NCBI GenBank assembly: GCA_036497825.1
Contig: DASXIT010000134.1
Span: 17,936 to 81,935, forward strand
Length of the DNA: 64,000 bases
Source: Candidatus Acidiferrum sp.
GTDB taxonomy: Bacteria; Acidobacteriota; Terriglobia; Acidiferrales; UBA7541
Direction: 5' to 3'
Shown: positions 29,936 to 39,465 of the stretch, one piece after another
Position numbering within the stretch: the stretch's first letter is position 1
Layout of the letters: every line of letters begins with the position of its first letter
Made by a program: the position numbers and the translations under genes
The notes under the pieces: generated by a model
The model's input: the letters and a program-made list of their open reading frames with translations, nothing else
The model's database searches: none
Told to the model about the DNA's origin: nothing

Positions 29936-32900
29936 ATGCATTTTATTTTGCCTAAGCACTTGGAAAGGCTCGTAACGGCTATGAAGAAATACAAGGCGCG
30001 CCATCTGTTAATGTTTTGCATTCTGTTGGTGGGATTGCCATTTCTGGCTTATGGACAGGACTCGACGATCATTGGTACGGTTACAGACCCCGCGGGCGCC
30101 GTTATACCAAACGTCACAGTAACTATCACACATGTAGAAACGCGCAAGGTTCGAGTCGTTACGACGAGCGACTCCGGGCAGTATGCTGCAACCGCCTTGG
30201 ACATTGGTCATTACAATGTCAAAGCAGAAGTGACCGGGTTCAAAGTCGAAGAACGCCAGAACATCGTTTTGAACGTTACCGACCGCCAGCGCATTGATTT
30301 TCAACTGCGATTGGGCACGACAGCAGAGTCGATTTCTGTAGAAGGCGACGCCGTTGCAGTACAAGCAGACAGCGGTGAGCAAAGTTCGCTGCTAACTGGC
30401 CAGCAAATCACCCAACTGGCAACCAACGGCCGGAGCATTTACAACATTGTGAATCTGACGACAGGTGCTTCCTCATTGCAAATGGATTTTCAAGTTCCTA
30501 CGCCAGTAGGCGGGAATGCGAGTGTCAGTTTTAACGGAAATCGTATGGGCCACAATATTTACTTGCTCGACGGTGGAGAAAACCTGGATCGCGGCGGCTC
30601 GGGTACATTCAGCGTGATGCCCTCACTCGACTCACTTTCGGAAACGCAAATTCAGACCTCAAACTACAGCGCGCAATACGGCTTGTCTTCCGGCGCGACG
30701 ATTACTACGGTCGTAAAATCAGGAACGAAAGATTTTCACGCCACCCTTTGGGAGTTTCTGCGGAACAACGATCTGGACGCCCGGAACTTTTTTAACCCGG
30801 CGCCCCTCCCCGTTGCGAAGTTGAACTTCAACACCTATGGTTTTAACGCCGGCGGACCAATTACCCTCGGAAAGTTTTACAATCCAAGCAGGAACAAGAC
30901 GTTCTTCTTTTACAACATGGAATGGCGCAGTCTGATTCAAGGTGGATTGTTAAACCAAACCGTCCCTCCGACTTCGGAGTATCCGACGGCTTCGGGCGCG
31001 AATTTTGGCTCCACAGCGATCACTGTTCCGAGTGTGACCCAGGTTGCTCCTAATGTTCTATTTGCTAATTGCCCTGGTGGGGTTGCCCCATCGGGCATTA
31101 CCCAAGGAAGTTCTTTCCCCAACAACATCATCCCGTCGTGCATGGTCAGTCCAAACGCTGCCGCTCTTCTTACTGCAGGCGGCAAGTATGGTGGTATTTT
31201 TCCTGCCCCGACTGGCTTGAACAGTAACGGACTTCCTGCGTTCGCTGGCGGCAACAATACCCCTACGAACGTGCGCGAAGAAGTGGTCCGGATCGACGAA
31301 AACGTTACAGACAAGTTCACAATCTATGGGCACTTCATTGCCGAGCAAATTAACCAGGGGTTTGGGACCACAATGTGGAGTGCTGACAACCTTCCGACCG
31401 GCGCCAACAACTTCGGAAATCCTTCCTACAGCGGCGTTGTACACACAGCCTACGTGATTAACCCGAGCTTAGTAAACGAAGCTTCATTCAACTACAACGG
31501 CAACCGCATCAATATCACACCGACCGGATTATACGCAGCCCCCTCCGGATTTACCTTCAACCGCTATTTCAGTAGCGCGCCAAATGCACTAAACCGCATC
31601 CCTTCCGTCCAGTTGCAAACCACGGGAAGCGATTACACCATGAATTGGGTACCTTGGCAGAACGACGCCAACGATTACCAGATTCGTGACGACGTTTCCT
31701 GGACCAAGGGCAGGCATCAAATCAAGATGGGGGCAAGCTGGGCGTTATATACGAAGGTTCAATACTTGTTCGCCCCAACGCAGGGTTCCTTCCAATTCAA
31801 CGGCAGCTACACCGGAAACGACTTCGCAGACTATCTGCTCGGCGCTTCCGATCTTTATCAACAGAACGCCGTGCAGGATAGTGGTCACTGGAACAATCAA
31901 TCTTGGGCGCTGTATGTTGAGGACAACTACCGCGTAAACAACCGTTTGACATTAAATCTTGGCTTGCGTTGGGACGGAGTACCGCACACCTACGAAGCAA
32001 ACAACCGCGCATCGAACTTCTACCCGGGGCTTTATAGTTCGGCGAATACAGCGGTATTCACCGACCCGACATGTAACACTCAACCAGTCCCACTTGCGTG
32101 CAATCCGAGCGCCATCAGCAGTGCAAGCCCCGGCTTGGGAAACAGCCCGAATCCACTTTTGGCGGGCCAGGAATTTTACTTGAACGGCGTGGGGATCTCC
32201 GGACAACCCGGCGTTCCACGAGGCCTCGTGACGAATCACTGGCTAGCTTTTGGTCCTCGCCTTGGATTTGCGTACGACCTCGATGGTTCAGGAAAGACCG
32301 TAATCCGCGGCGGATTCGGCATCATGTACGAACGCATCCAGGGCAACGACATGTACAATGCCGGACCGGATGTCCCGTTCTCTGCCAGCGTCTCGTTTAA
32401 CAACATATCGCTAGACAATCCACATGCACAGCTCAATGGCGATACTGTCCAAGCTGGTGGCATTCCCGTCAGCAGCATCGTCGGACTTAACTCGAACCAG
32501 TATCAGTTGCCTGCAAGTACCCAGTTCAGTTTGGGCATACAGCGGGCCATCGGAAAGTCGGTGTTTTCGGCCTCGTACGTAGGTTCACAAAACCGGCATC
32601 AAAGTTTCTATCAGGAAATTAACCTGCCGAACCAATCGCAGCTTTCAAGTCTCGTCGCCAGCTCGCAATCTTATAACGCAGCCTTGCCCTACCTGGGCTT
32701 CCATGCCATCACGCTAGCGAATAACGAAGCAAATGGCGATTACAATTCGCTTCAATTGGCAATGCGTGGAACCTTGAAGAGTGATTTGACTTACCAAGTC
32801 GGTTACACGTATGCCCACTCGAACGATCCGTCGACACTTGGGACTGGCAGTGGCGGTGACTTGCAAACCGTTTCGAACCCTTACGCGGGGTGGAAGTATG

Positions 32901-33523
32901 ATTTCGGACCGTCCGCGTTCGACCGCAGAAACGTATTCTTTGCCAACTTTGTTTACCAGATCCCATTCTTGAAGAACAGTGAAAACAAAATGTTGAAGAC
33001 GTTCGTGGGTGGATGGGAAGTATCCGGAGTTGTCACCGCGCAGTCGGGAGCACCCGTCAACCTAAATATTGGCAGTTACCCGGGCAATCCATGCAACGTT
33101 ATTAACAATCCCACGTTCGGGAACCCCACCTGCTTTGACCGGCCCGACTTGGTTGGGTCGATCACTTATCCTCACACCGTCGGTCAATGGTTCAGCGTGA
33201 GCGATTTTGCTACACCAGCCGCCGGATCCTGGGGCAATTTGGGTCACAACGCAATCCGCGGCCCGGGACGAGACAACTGGAACCTATCCCTTTTCAAAAA
33301 TTTCTTGCTTAGCGAATCGCGGGGAAGCAGCCTGCAATTCCGTGCGGAGTTCTTTAACGTGTGGAACCATACACAATTCCAGGGAAATGTCGGCAACGGC
33401 GGCATCGTCAACTCAATCGCTTTCACGTCCGCCGGCGCACTTGCTCCCAACCAGAACACCGGAGCGATCACTTCCGCCTTTGATCCCCGAACCATCCAGT
33501 TGGGATTGAAGCTTATTTTCTGA
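29936..33523 (+). CDS. TonB-dependent receptor, Oar/acidobacterial type
   Basis: Signal peptide, N-terminal carboxypeptidase-like domain, WEFLRNNDLDARN, C-terminal PRTIQLGLKLIF. Confidence 0.92.
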   Translation: MHFILPKHLERLVTAMKKYKARHLLMFCILLVGLPFLAYGQDSTIIGTVTDPAGAVIPNVTVTITHVETRKVRVVTTSDSGQYAATALDIGHYNVKAEVTGFKVEERQNIVLNVTDRQRIDFQLRLGTTAESISVEGDAVAVQADSGEQSSLLTGQQITQLATNGRSIYNIVNLTTGASSLQMDFQVPTPVGGNASVSFNGNRMGHNIYLLDGGENLDRGGSGTFSVMPSLDSLSETQIQTSNYSAQYGLSSGATITTVVKSGTKDFHATLWEFLRNNDLDARNFFNPAPLPVAKLNFNTYGFNAGGPITLGKFYNPSRNKTFFFYNMEWRSLIQGGLLNQTVPPTSEYPTASGANFGSTAITVPSVTQVAPNVLFANCPGGVAPSGITQGSSFPNNIIPSCMVSPNAAALLTAGGKYGGIFPAPTGLNSNGLPAFAGGNNTPTNVREEVVRIDENVTDKFTIYGHFIAEQINQGFGTTMWSADNLPTGANNFGNPSYSGVVHTAYVINPSLVNEASFNYNGNRINITPTGLYAAPSGFTFNRYFSSAPNALNRIPSVQLQTTGSDYTMNWVPWQNDANDYQIRDDVSWTKGRHQIKMGASWALYTKVQYLFAPTQGSFQFNGSYTGNDFADYLLGASDLYQQNAVQDSGHWNNQSWALYVEDNYRVNNRLTLNLGLRWDGVPHTYEANNRASNFYPGLYSSANTAVFTDPTCNTQPVPLACNPSAISSASPGLGNSPNPLLAGQEFYLNGVGISGQPGVPRGLVTNHWLAFGPRLGFAYDLDGSGKTVIRGGFGIMYERIQGNDMYNAGPDVPFSASVSFNNISLDNPHAQLNGDTVQAGGIPVSSIVGLNSNQYQLPASTQFSLGIQRAIGKSVFSASYVGSQNRHQSFYQEINLPNQSQLSSLVASSQSYNAALPYLGFHAITLANNEANGDYNSLQLAMRGTLKSDLTYQVGYTYAHSNDPSTLGTGSGGDLQTVSNPYAGWKYDFGPSAFDRRNVFFANFVYQIPFLKNSENKMLKTFVGGWEVSGVVTAQSGAPVNLNIGSYPGNPCNVINNPTFGNPTCFDRPDLVGSITYPHTVGQWFSVSDFATPAAGSWGNLGHNAIRGPGRDNWNLSLFKNFLLSESRGSSLQFRAEFFNVWNHTQFQGNVGNGGIVNSIAFTSAGALAPNQNTGAITSAFDPRTIQLGLKLIF

Positions 33524-33671
33524 GATCGGCCGGGAGTCTTTTCGACAGCGGCTTTTCCAGGGCTTGGTGCAGTTTCAAGCCAGCAACCGGTGCCACCAAG
33601 AGATTGTGCACAGTCCATGGAAGAGCCGCTCCCCCTCAGGGGGCCTCATCAAAAGGGAGGTACTTGTGACA

Positions 33672-34514
33672 TTGAATCGCGCCTCGAGTCACTCTCAAGA
33701 ATCGTGGTCGGGAAGGTGTGTTGAACTAAGTACTGGCCGCGAATTTCTGAGAGTGCTTGGGGTTTTGCTCGTGATCCTCTGCGTGGTTGGTGCAGACTAC
33801 GGACGCGCCACGGATTCTGCGTCACCTGTTCTTGTCGAGTTATTTACTTCGGAGGGGTGTTCAAGCTGTCCCCCGGCGGATCTTTTGCTGCAACAACTGG
33901 ATGCTGTTCAACCCTTCCCTGCCGCACACGTGATCGTCCTTAGCGAGCACGTAGACTACTGGGATCATGAGGGCTGGAAAGACCCATATTCCTCGCCTTT
34001 GCTAACGGAACGGCAGAGCGGCTATGTCCGTGCTCTCAGTCAAAAGAACCCATATACACCGCAATTTATTGTCGACGGAATTGTCGAATTGCGAGCAAGT
34101 GGCTCAAAGGAAATGAACGAAATCTTTCAGAAGGTGGCCGCCGCGCCGAAAATTTCCGTTCGAATCAGTTCCCTTAGCATTGAAGGTGAATTCCCGATGC
34201 TTCTTCGAGCGCGCATCGAAGCCGATGGCGGTTCCGAGAAACACAAGGCCGATATCTACGTGGCAGTCGCCCTTGATCGTACGGAATCTCAGGTCTTGCA
34301 CGGAGAAAATACCGGGCAACATCTGACACACGTTGCTGTCGTTCAAGACCTCACAAGGATTGGAAAGCTAGAGAAGCAAACGAGCTTTGGCCAAGATTTC
34401 CAGGTCAAACTTAAATCCGGCACGGATCCCAGAAATATTCGGATTGTGGCTTTTGTGCAGGAGTCGGGCTTTGGCAAAGTACTCGGGGCGGCGATGCAAA
34501 AAATCACCAACTGA
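33672..34514 (+). CDS. DUF1223 secreted thioredoxin-fold protein
   Basis: VLVELFTSEGCSSCPPAD, HVDYWD...W.DPYS, YTPQ, GEN.G..L.H. Start uncertain (TTG 33672 after GGGAGG). Confidence 0.85.
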   Translation: MNRASSHSQESWSGRCVELSTGREFLRVLGVLLVILCVVGADYGRATDSASPVLVELFTSEGCSSCPPADLLLQQLDAVQPFPAAHVIVLSEHVDYWDHEGWKDPYSSPLLTERQSGYVRALSQKNPYTPQFIVDGIVELRASGSKEMNEIFQKVAAAPKISVRISSLSIEGEFPMLLRARIEADGGSEKHKADIYVAVALDRTESQVLHGENTGQHLTHVAVVQDLTRIGKLEKQTSFGQDFQVKLKSGTDPRNIRIVAFVQESGFGKVLGAAMQKITN

Positions 34515-34525
34515 GAGACTCGGGC

Positions 34526-35623
34526 GTGTGTTCTAGCCAGCGCTTGTTTGAAAAAGAGGATCCGGGGGTGACCACCACGGAAAGGTCTCCTATGGCTAAC
34601 TTCTACCACAACTGTTATCAGTTCACTTTTGCCCTTCTAGTCTTCTCCTTCTCAGGCGCTACGTTCTGGCCCTATTTTGGGGGAGCAGCCATTCTAGTCA
34701 TCGGAACAGCAATGTCCCGGAAGCATGGAGTCCCTCAGGCGTACGGATTGGATGCGCTGATTCCGTTTGGCCCCGTGTTGTTTGCGATTCCGATGGCCAT
34801 CTTCGGCATGGATCATCTCGTAGCGGCCAAAGCTGTCGCAACGATTGTCCCGTCATGGATTCCGGGACACTTATTCTGGGCCTATTTTGTCGGAGTCGCT
34901 CTGATCGCTGCTGCGCTCAGTCTGGCCACAAAAATTAGCTGGCGCCTGTCCTCGGCATTGCTTGGAATCATGATTTTCCTTTTCGTGGTCTTGATTCACA
35001 TACCTTCTTGCTTCGCGATTCCCTACGACAAGACGCGACTCACCATCGTCTTTAGGGACTTGGCTCTGAGTGCTGGTGCGCTCACCTTCGCCGCATCGGA
35101 AACTGAGCATGACAGGGGGTTGGCCATCCACGGATGGTTTCAGAGTTTGCAGCTTCAAAAACTCTGTTCAAGGTTGATCGCTTTGGCTCGCTTGGTAGTC
35201 GCGATTTCGGTCGCGGCTTTTGGCATCAACCATTACCTCTACCCGACCTTTGCGCCTGGAATTCCTCAGGAAGGGCCCGCTTTCGTGACCATGCCAGCAT
35301 GGATTCCCGGACATGTGTTCTGGGCATATCTCATCGGCACGATCTTTGTTGTGTGTGCAGCCGGTCTCACAACTCGGAAACATGCTCGTTCCGCAGCGAC
35401 GTTACTTAGCGCGGCGCTCCTTATCCTAGTTTTGTTTGTTTACATTCCCCTTACGGTTGCCAACCGCTCGGATGTAGCGAACGGTCTGAACTATCTTGCC
35501 ATCCACTTGGCCTTGGCCGGAGCTGTCTTGCTTGTCGCCGGTGCCTCACCCGCTGCTGATGCTGAGCATTCCGCTCCCATTAAAGTCCGAGAAGCAGGCC
35601 TTCGCCACGCGGCAGATTCGTAA
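34526..35623 (+). CDS. DoxX-like integral membrane protein with two internal repeats
   Basis: Repeated FG.xH...(V/M)P.WIPGH(L/V)FWAY motif in both halves. Start uncertain. Confidence 0.7.
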   Translation: MCSSQRLFEKEDPGVTTTERSPMANFYHNCYQFTFALLVFSFSGATFWPYFGGAAILVIGTAMSRKHGVPQAYGLDALIPFGPVLFAIPMAIFGMDHLVAAKAVATIVPSWIPGHLFWAYFVGVALIAAALSLATKISWRLSSALLGIMIFLFVVLIHIPSCFAIPYDKTRLTIVFRDLALSAGALTFAASETEHDRGLAIHGWFQSLQLQKLCSRLIALARLVVAISVAAFGINHYLYPTFAPGIPQEGPAFVTMPAWIPGHVFWAYLIGTIFVVCAAGLTTRKHARSAATLLSAALLILVLFVYIPLTVANRSDVANGLNYLAIHLALAGAVLLVAGASPAADAEHSAPIKVREAGLRHAADS

Positions 35624-35690
35624 ACGGTGGGTTACCAACTTGGCTTGAAATTAGTCTTCTAAAACCCCACCCACTGCAGAACCTAACCCG

Positions 35691-35722
35691 GCGCGGCGGG
35701 CAATTGCCCGCCGCGCTTTTTT
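35691..35722 (+). terminator. Intrinsic terminator
   Basis: GCGCGGCGGGC-AATT-GCCCGCCGCGC followed by T6. Confidence 0.88.
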
Positions 35723-35838
35723 CGTGCCGCTCGAATTAACCCGGGTATCTCGGGAAAATTCCAGAGAAGCATCAGTTCTGCAGCAGATGAAAGAGCAAAA
35801 CACAAGTACCTCTCAACAAAGGGAAGCACTTCGATGTG

Positions 35839-37203
35839 TTAATCCCTTTCATCGTCTCGGTCGTCATCTAGTGTGCGCATCGCGTGTCTCGACACATAGT
35901 GCGCCACTGCTCTGCCCAGCACATTTGCGCGGACGCAGCTGGTTCGGAAGTGAATGCCACCAAAGACGCGCGCATCGGCGATCTCCGCTACTGCGTCGGA
36001 GAAACTCGAAAACGCGCGAGTGCCGGGACGCACTTCCGAAGTGACCGTAAACGCGGTGTTCTCTCCAAACACGGACGCAAGGACGAAAGCCGCTGCTCCA
36101 CTCATCGAGGAGTGAGCTGAGGGATACTCGGGATGCGCCGGAGTGCCAGCCTTAGTGTCCAGCCATGGCTCCCACAGCGGGTCGGCATCCGCAGGAATGA
36201 GGCCCGCTCGGATTGCGGTGATCGGCCGCCAGAAAACGTAGCGGTACTTGCTATCCCAGCAAGCGATAGTTGCGTCGGCAATCGAGATATTGAGTAGCGC
36301 AAATAGGTGCGCATTCTCGGCCAGGCTGAGCCCGCGTTCGGCCGAAAGCTGCGAGGCAATACGGTTCCAATAAAGCGCAGTGTTCCCTGCCCAAAACAGG
36401 GCCAGTTCCGATTGATCCAGAGTACGCGCCGAACCAGAGAGGACGCCCATAACCTTCACCTCATTGAGATCAGCGGCGTACTCCGGACTGTTGAGGGCCA
36501 GAGGCGGCGGCAAGCGGAACTGCGATGGCCTCGATAGTACCCACGGCGTCATGGAGGCGATCTGCGGCGTTGCACCTGATGCGTTAGCGGGCGGGGTGGG
36601 ACGCCAAACGCCCACGGCAGCCGGTGTTCCGGCGATGCCCAGCACGCCAAGAAATGGCGGAGGCGCGGGCGTGAATCCGTCTGTAAGCCGCGAGGCCCAG
36701 ACAGCGTCCGCAACAGTTTGTCCCCAGGCGACGCCCTCCCCGATCGATTCAGCTCTTTCGGTCAACGCGAGGGCCGCGAGCGATGCATTCCTCTGGGTCG
36801 TGAGGGTGCCACTCTGCCCCGGATATAGATCCAGAAGAATCGCGTAGGCCGCCTGAATCGCCGCAGCACGTCGCGATGCGTCTTGCGGCGCGTCCGGTCT
36901 CACTAGCAGTGGGCGGAACCTTGGCTCGATACCGTTGACGGCGTCAAATACCGAAGCCGATACCAACGGGACTACGCGGCTGCTGGTTACATTCGGGGTG
37001 GTGCCGCCCGCAATGACGGTGCTGTTCATGATGCCAATCCACTCCAGCACTGGGTCCGGCGTGGCAGCCGACACCGAAAAGGCATTGGCAGTGAGCAGGG
37101 CCACAATCAGTATCAATTGTGCGCCTTTGATCGTTGCGCCGACCGTCCACCGGCGAAGTAATAAAAATAGCTCTAGTTTAAAGGCTGTTAAGTTACGAAT
37201 CAC
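35839..37203 (-). CDS. Secreted vanadium-dependent haloperoxidase/PAP2 superfamily enzyme
   Basis: KYRYVFWRP, HPEYPSAH and ARVFGGIHF vanadate/phosphate-binding motifs, with a Sec signal. GTG start at 37203 after AGGAGG. Confidence 0.82.
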   Translation of the reverse strand: MIRNLTAFKLELFLLLRRWTVGATIKGAQLILIVALLTANAFSVSAATPDPVLEWIGIMNSTVIAGGTTPNVTSSRVVPLVSASVFDAVNGIEPRFRPLLVRPDAPQDASRRAAAIQAAYAILLDLYPGQSGTLTTQRNASLAALALTERAESIGEGVAWGQTVADAVWASRLTDGFTPAPPPFLGVLGIAGTPAAVGVWRPTPPANASGATPQIASMTPWVLSRPSQFRLPPPLALNSPEYAADLNEVKVMGVLSGSARTLDQSELALFWAGNTALYWNRIASQLSAERGLSLAENAHLFALLNISIADATIACWDSKYRYVFWRPITAIRAGLIPADADPLWEPWLDTKAGTPAHPEYPSAHSSMSGAAAFVLASVFGENTAFTVTSEVRPGTRAFSSFSDAVAEIADARVFGGIHFRTSCVRANVLGRAVAHYVSRHAMRTLDDDRDDERD

Positions 37204-37472
37204 GTATCCTCCTAATCGACTGGGTTGTCTCGAGCTGGCGAACAGTCTGTGGCGACCTGGCAAATGGCTTGAACCTCCGTGGGTACTCGCTGATTGAACG
37301 TGCAACTCGTCGCAGCCGGATGCTGTGCCCGGCGGGCGTTTCGGCACAACGGGCAAGGAGAGGCAAACAAGAGCAAAGTGCGGCATTCGTGGATTTTTTG
37401 GTGTGATCAGGCAGTTGCCCTCAAACAAAGCCGGTGTGATAATCCTCCCAACTAGCTGGAGTCCTCAGGCTC

Positions 37473-39248
37473 ATGTCTGTCCAGGCGACAACAAACCCGA
37501 AGATTGGTGCGGATGCTCAAGGGCGTCGCCTTGAATCATGGAAGGAGATTGCCGCATTTCTGGGGCGAGACGTCACCACCGTCCGCCGCTGGGAAAAGCG
37601 TGAGGGGCTGCCCGTCCATCGTCTCCATCACAGCCGGCTCGGTTCGGTATATGCCTACATCGCAGAACTCGATGCATGGCGAAATGAACGGTCGCCTGCG
37701 GCCACAACCGAAGCTCTCGATGCTCGTCAGGTACCAGTAGTCGTCCGCCGTGGGGCTTATGTGCGCACGGCGGCAGCTCTCGCTGTGCTGGCGTTGACGC
37801 TAGTCGCTGGAGTGATATGGATTGTGCGCTGGCGGAGCACCGTACAACCCGCGATTGCCAGTGCGCCCATTCGGTCCATCGCCGTCCTTCCACTAGAGAA
37901 TTTGTCTGGCAATCCCGAGCAGGACTACCTCGCCGATGGCATGACCGAAGCGCTCATTGGCCGGCTCGCAACGATCCGGGGTCTTCGGGTGATCTCGCGG
38001 CGATCCTCGATGCAGTTCAAGGGCGAACGCAGTTCGGTGCCAGAGATTGCCCGAAAGTTGAGCGTGGGTGCGGTAGTGGAGGGCTCGGTAATTCGCTCGG
38101 GCAATCGGATTCGCATTAGCGCGCAGCTTATTCAAGGTGAAACCGATGTGCACCTGTGGTCGGGCACGTTTGATCGTGAATTGCGCGACGTGCTGGAACT
38201 GCAGAGCGAGGTTGCGCAGTCCATTGCGCGGCAGATCGCGGTCGCCGTTACCGGAGAGGAGCGCAGTAGGCTGGTGGCAGCGCGTGCGGTGTCGCCCGAC
38301 GTCTACGAAGATTACCTGAAGGGCCGCTTTGAGTTGCATAAGAACACGCGGGCGGGGCTCGGTCAGGCCCTCCTGCATTTCCAGGCTGCAGTAAATGCTG
38401 ACCCCACGTTTGCGCCGGCCTATGCGGGCTTGGCGGATACTTACTCTGCTCTTGGGCTGGTTTTCTATGGCGAGCCTCCGAACGAAACTCGTCCAAAGGT
38501 AATCGTCGCGGCTCGGAAAGCTCTGGAATTGGATCCGGAGCTTGCAGAGGCCCGTGCACTGCTTGCAAACGCCTTGCAAAAAAACTGGCAGTGGGCGGAA
38601 GCGGAGGCCGAATACAGGCAGGCCCTTGAACTGAGCCCCAGCAATGCGGCCGCTCACGCAGGCTTGGCCGATTGGCTACTATGCCAGGGCCGGACTGAGG
38701 AAGCATTGGCTTCGGCCCGACGGGCGCAGGAGCTGGACCCACTGGCATTCAACGGCGTTCAGGTTGGCTGGATTCTCTTTCAGGCTCGGCGCTACGATGA
38801 GGCCATTCGGGAATTGCGAACTGCGCTGACAATGGAAGCCAAGGATCCGATGGCCGTCTGGTTTCTTGGTTATGCGCTTATCGGCGCCAAGCAGTTCGAT
38901 GAGGCGATCACAACTCTGGAGAAAGCCGCTTCCCTTTCTGACCGCAGCTCCGCAGTGCTGGGTGTGCTCGTACGTGCCTATGCCGGTGCCGACCGCCGGA
39001 CGGAAGCATTGCGGGTGCTCGACGAACTTCGCCGGCGCCGACTGAAGGGATACGTCCCACCAGCCGCATTTTTGAACGCTTACCTGGGACTCGGCGACAA
39101 AGAGGAAGCATTTACATGGCTAGAACGCTCCGCCGAGGAACGATCGAACATCATGCAGTTCCTCAAAGTGCATCCGTTCTTCGATTTGATACGCAGCGAC
39201 CCACGGTTTGCGGAGTATCTCCGGCGCGCGAACTTCTCACCTAACTAG
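37473..39248 (+). CDS. Membrane-anchored regulator: N-terminal HTH, TM, TolB-like domain, TPR repeats
   Basis: LESWKEIAAFLGRDVTTVRRWEK, TM helix, SIAVLPLENLSG...DGMTEALI, TPRs. Confidence 0.85.
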   Translation: MSVQATTNPKIGADAQGRRLESWKEIAAFLGRDVTTVRRWEKREGLPVHRLHHSRLGSVYAYIAELDAWRNERSPAATTEALDARQVPVVVRRGAYVRTAAALAVLALTLVAGVIWIVRWRSTVQPAIASAPIRSIAVLPLENLSGNPEQDYLADGMTEALIGRLATIRGLRVISRRSSMQFKGERSSVPEIARKLSVGAVVEGSVIRSGNRIRISAQLIQGETDVHLWSGTFDRELRDVLELQSEVAQSIARQIAVAVTGEERSRLVAARAVSPDVYEDYLKGRFELHKNTRAGLGQALLHFQAAVNADPTFAPAYAGLADTYSALGLVFYGEPPNETRPKVIVAARKALELDPELAEARALLANALQKNWQWAEAEAEYRQALELSPSNAAAHAGLADWLLCQGRTEEALASARRAQELDPLAFNGVQVGWILFQARRYDEAIRELRTALTMEAKDPMAVWFLGYALIGAKQFDEAITTLEKAASLSDRSSAVLGVLVRAYAGADRRTEALRVLDELRRRRLKGYVPPAAFLNAYLGLGDKEEAFTWLERSAEERSNIMQFLKVHPFFDLIRSDPRFAEYLRRANFSPN

Positions 39249-39465
39249 CAACTTCACCTACATACACTCTACAGAGTGCCAGACCACATGTAGTGCGGGA
39301 ATCTCGGATCGGCTAATCGTAAGCTATTGATAAATTTGAGGTAAGCGTTGAATTTGCAGCTCGGCTGCAAGTCGGTCCCCTGGTCTACTGGATAGGACCC
39401 GTAATTATTGACAATACCAATGTGCCCGGCACGGGGATAGCGTCACTCTTTAACCTTTACCCGTC

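Noticed and set aside
37893-38657. 254-aa antisense ORF
   Set aside because: Shadow of the HTH-TPR gene.
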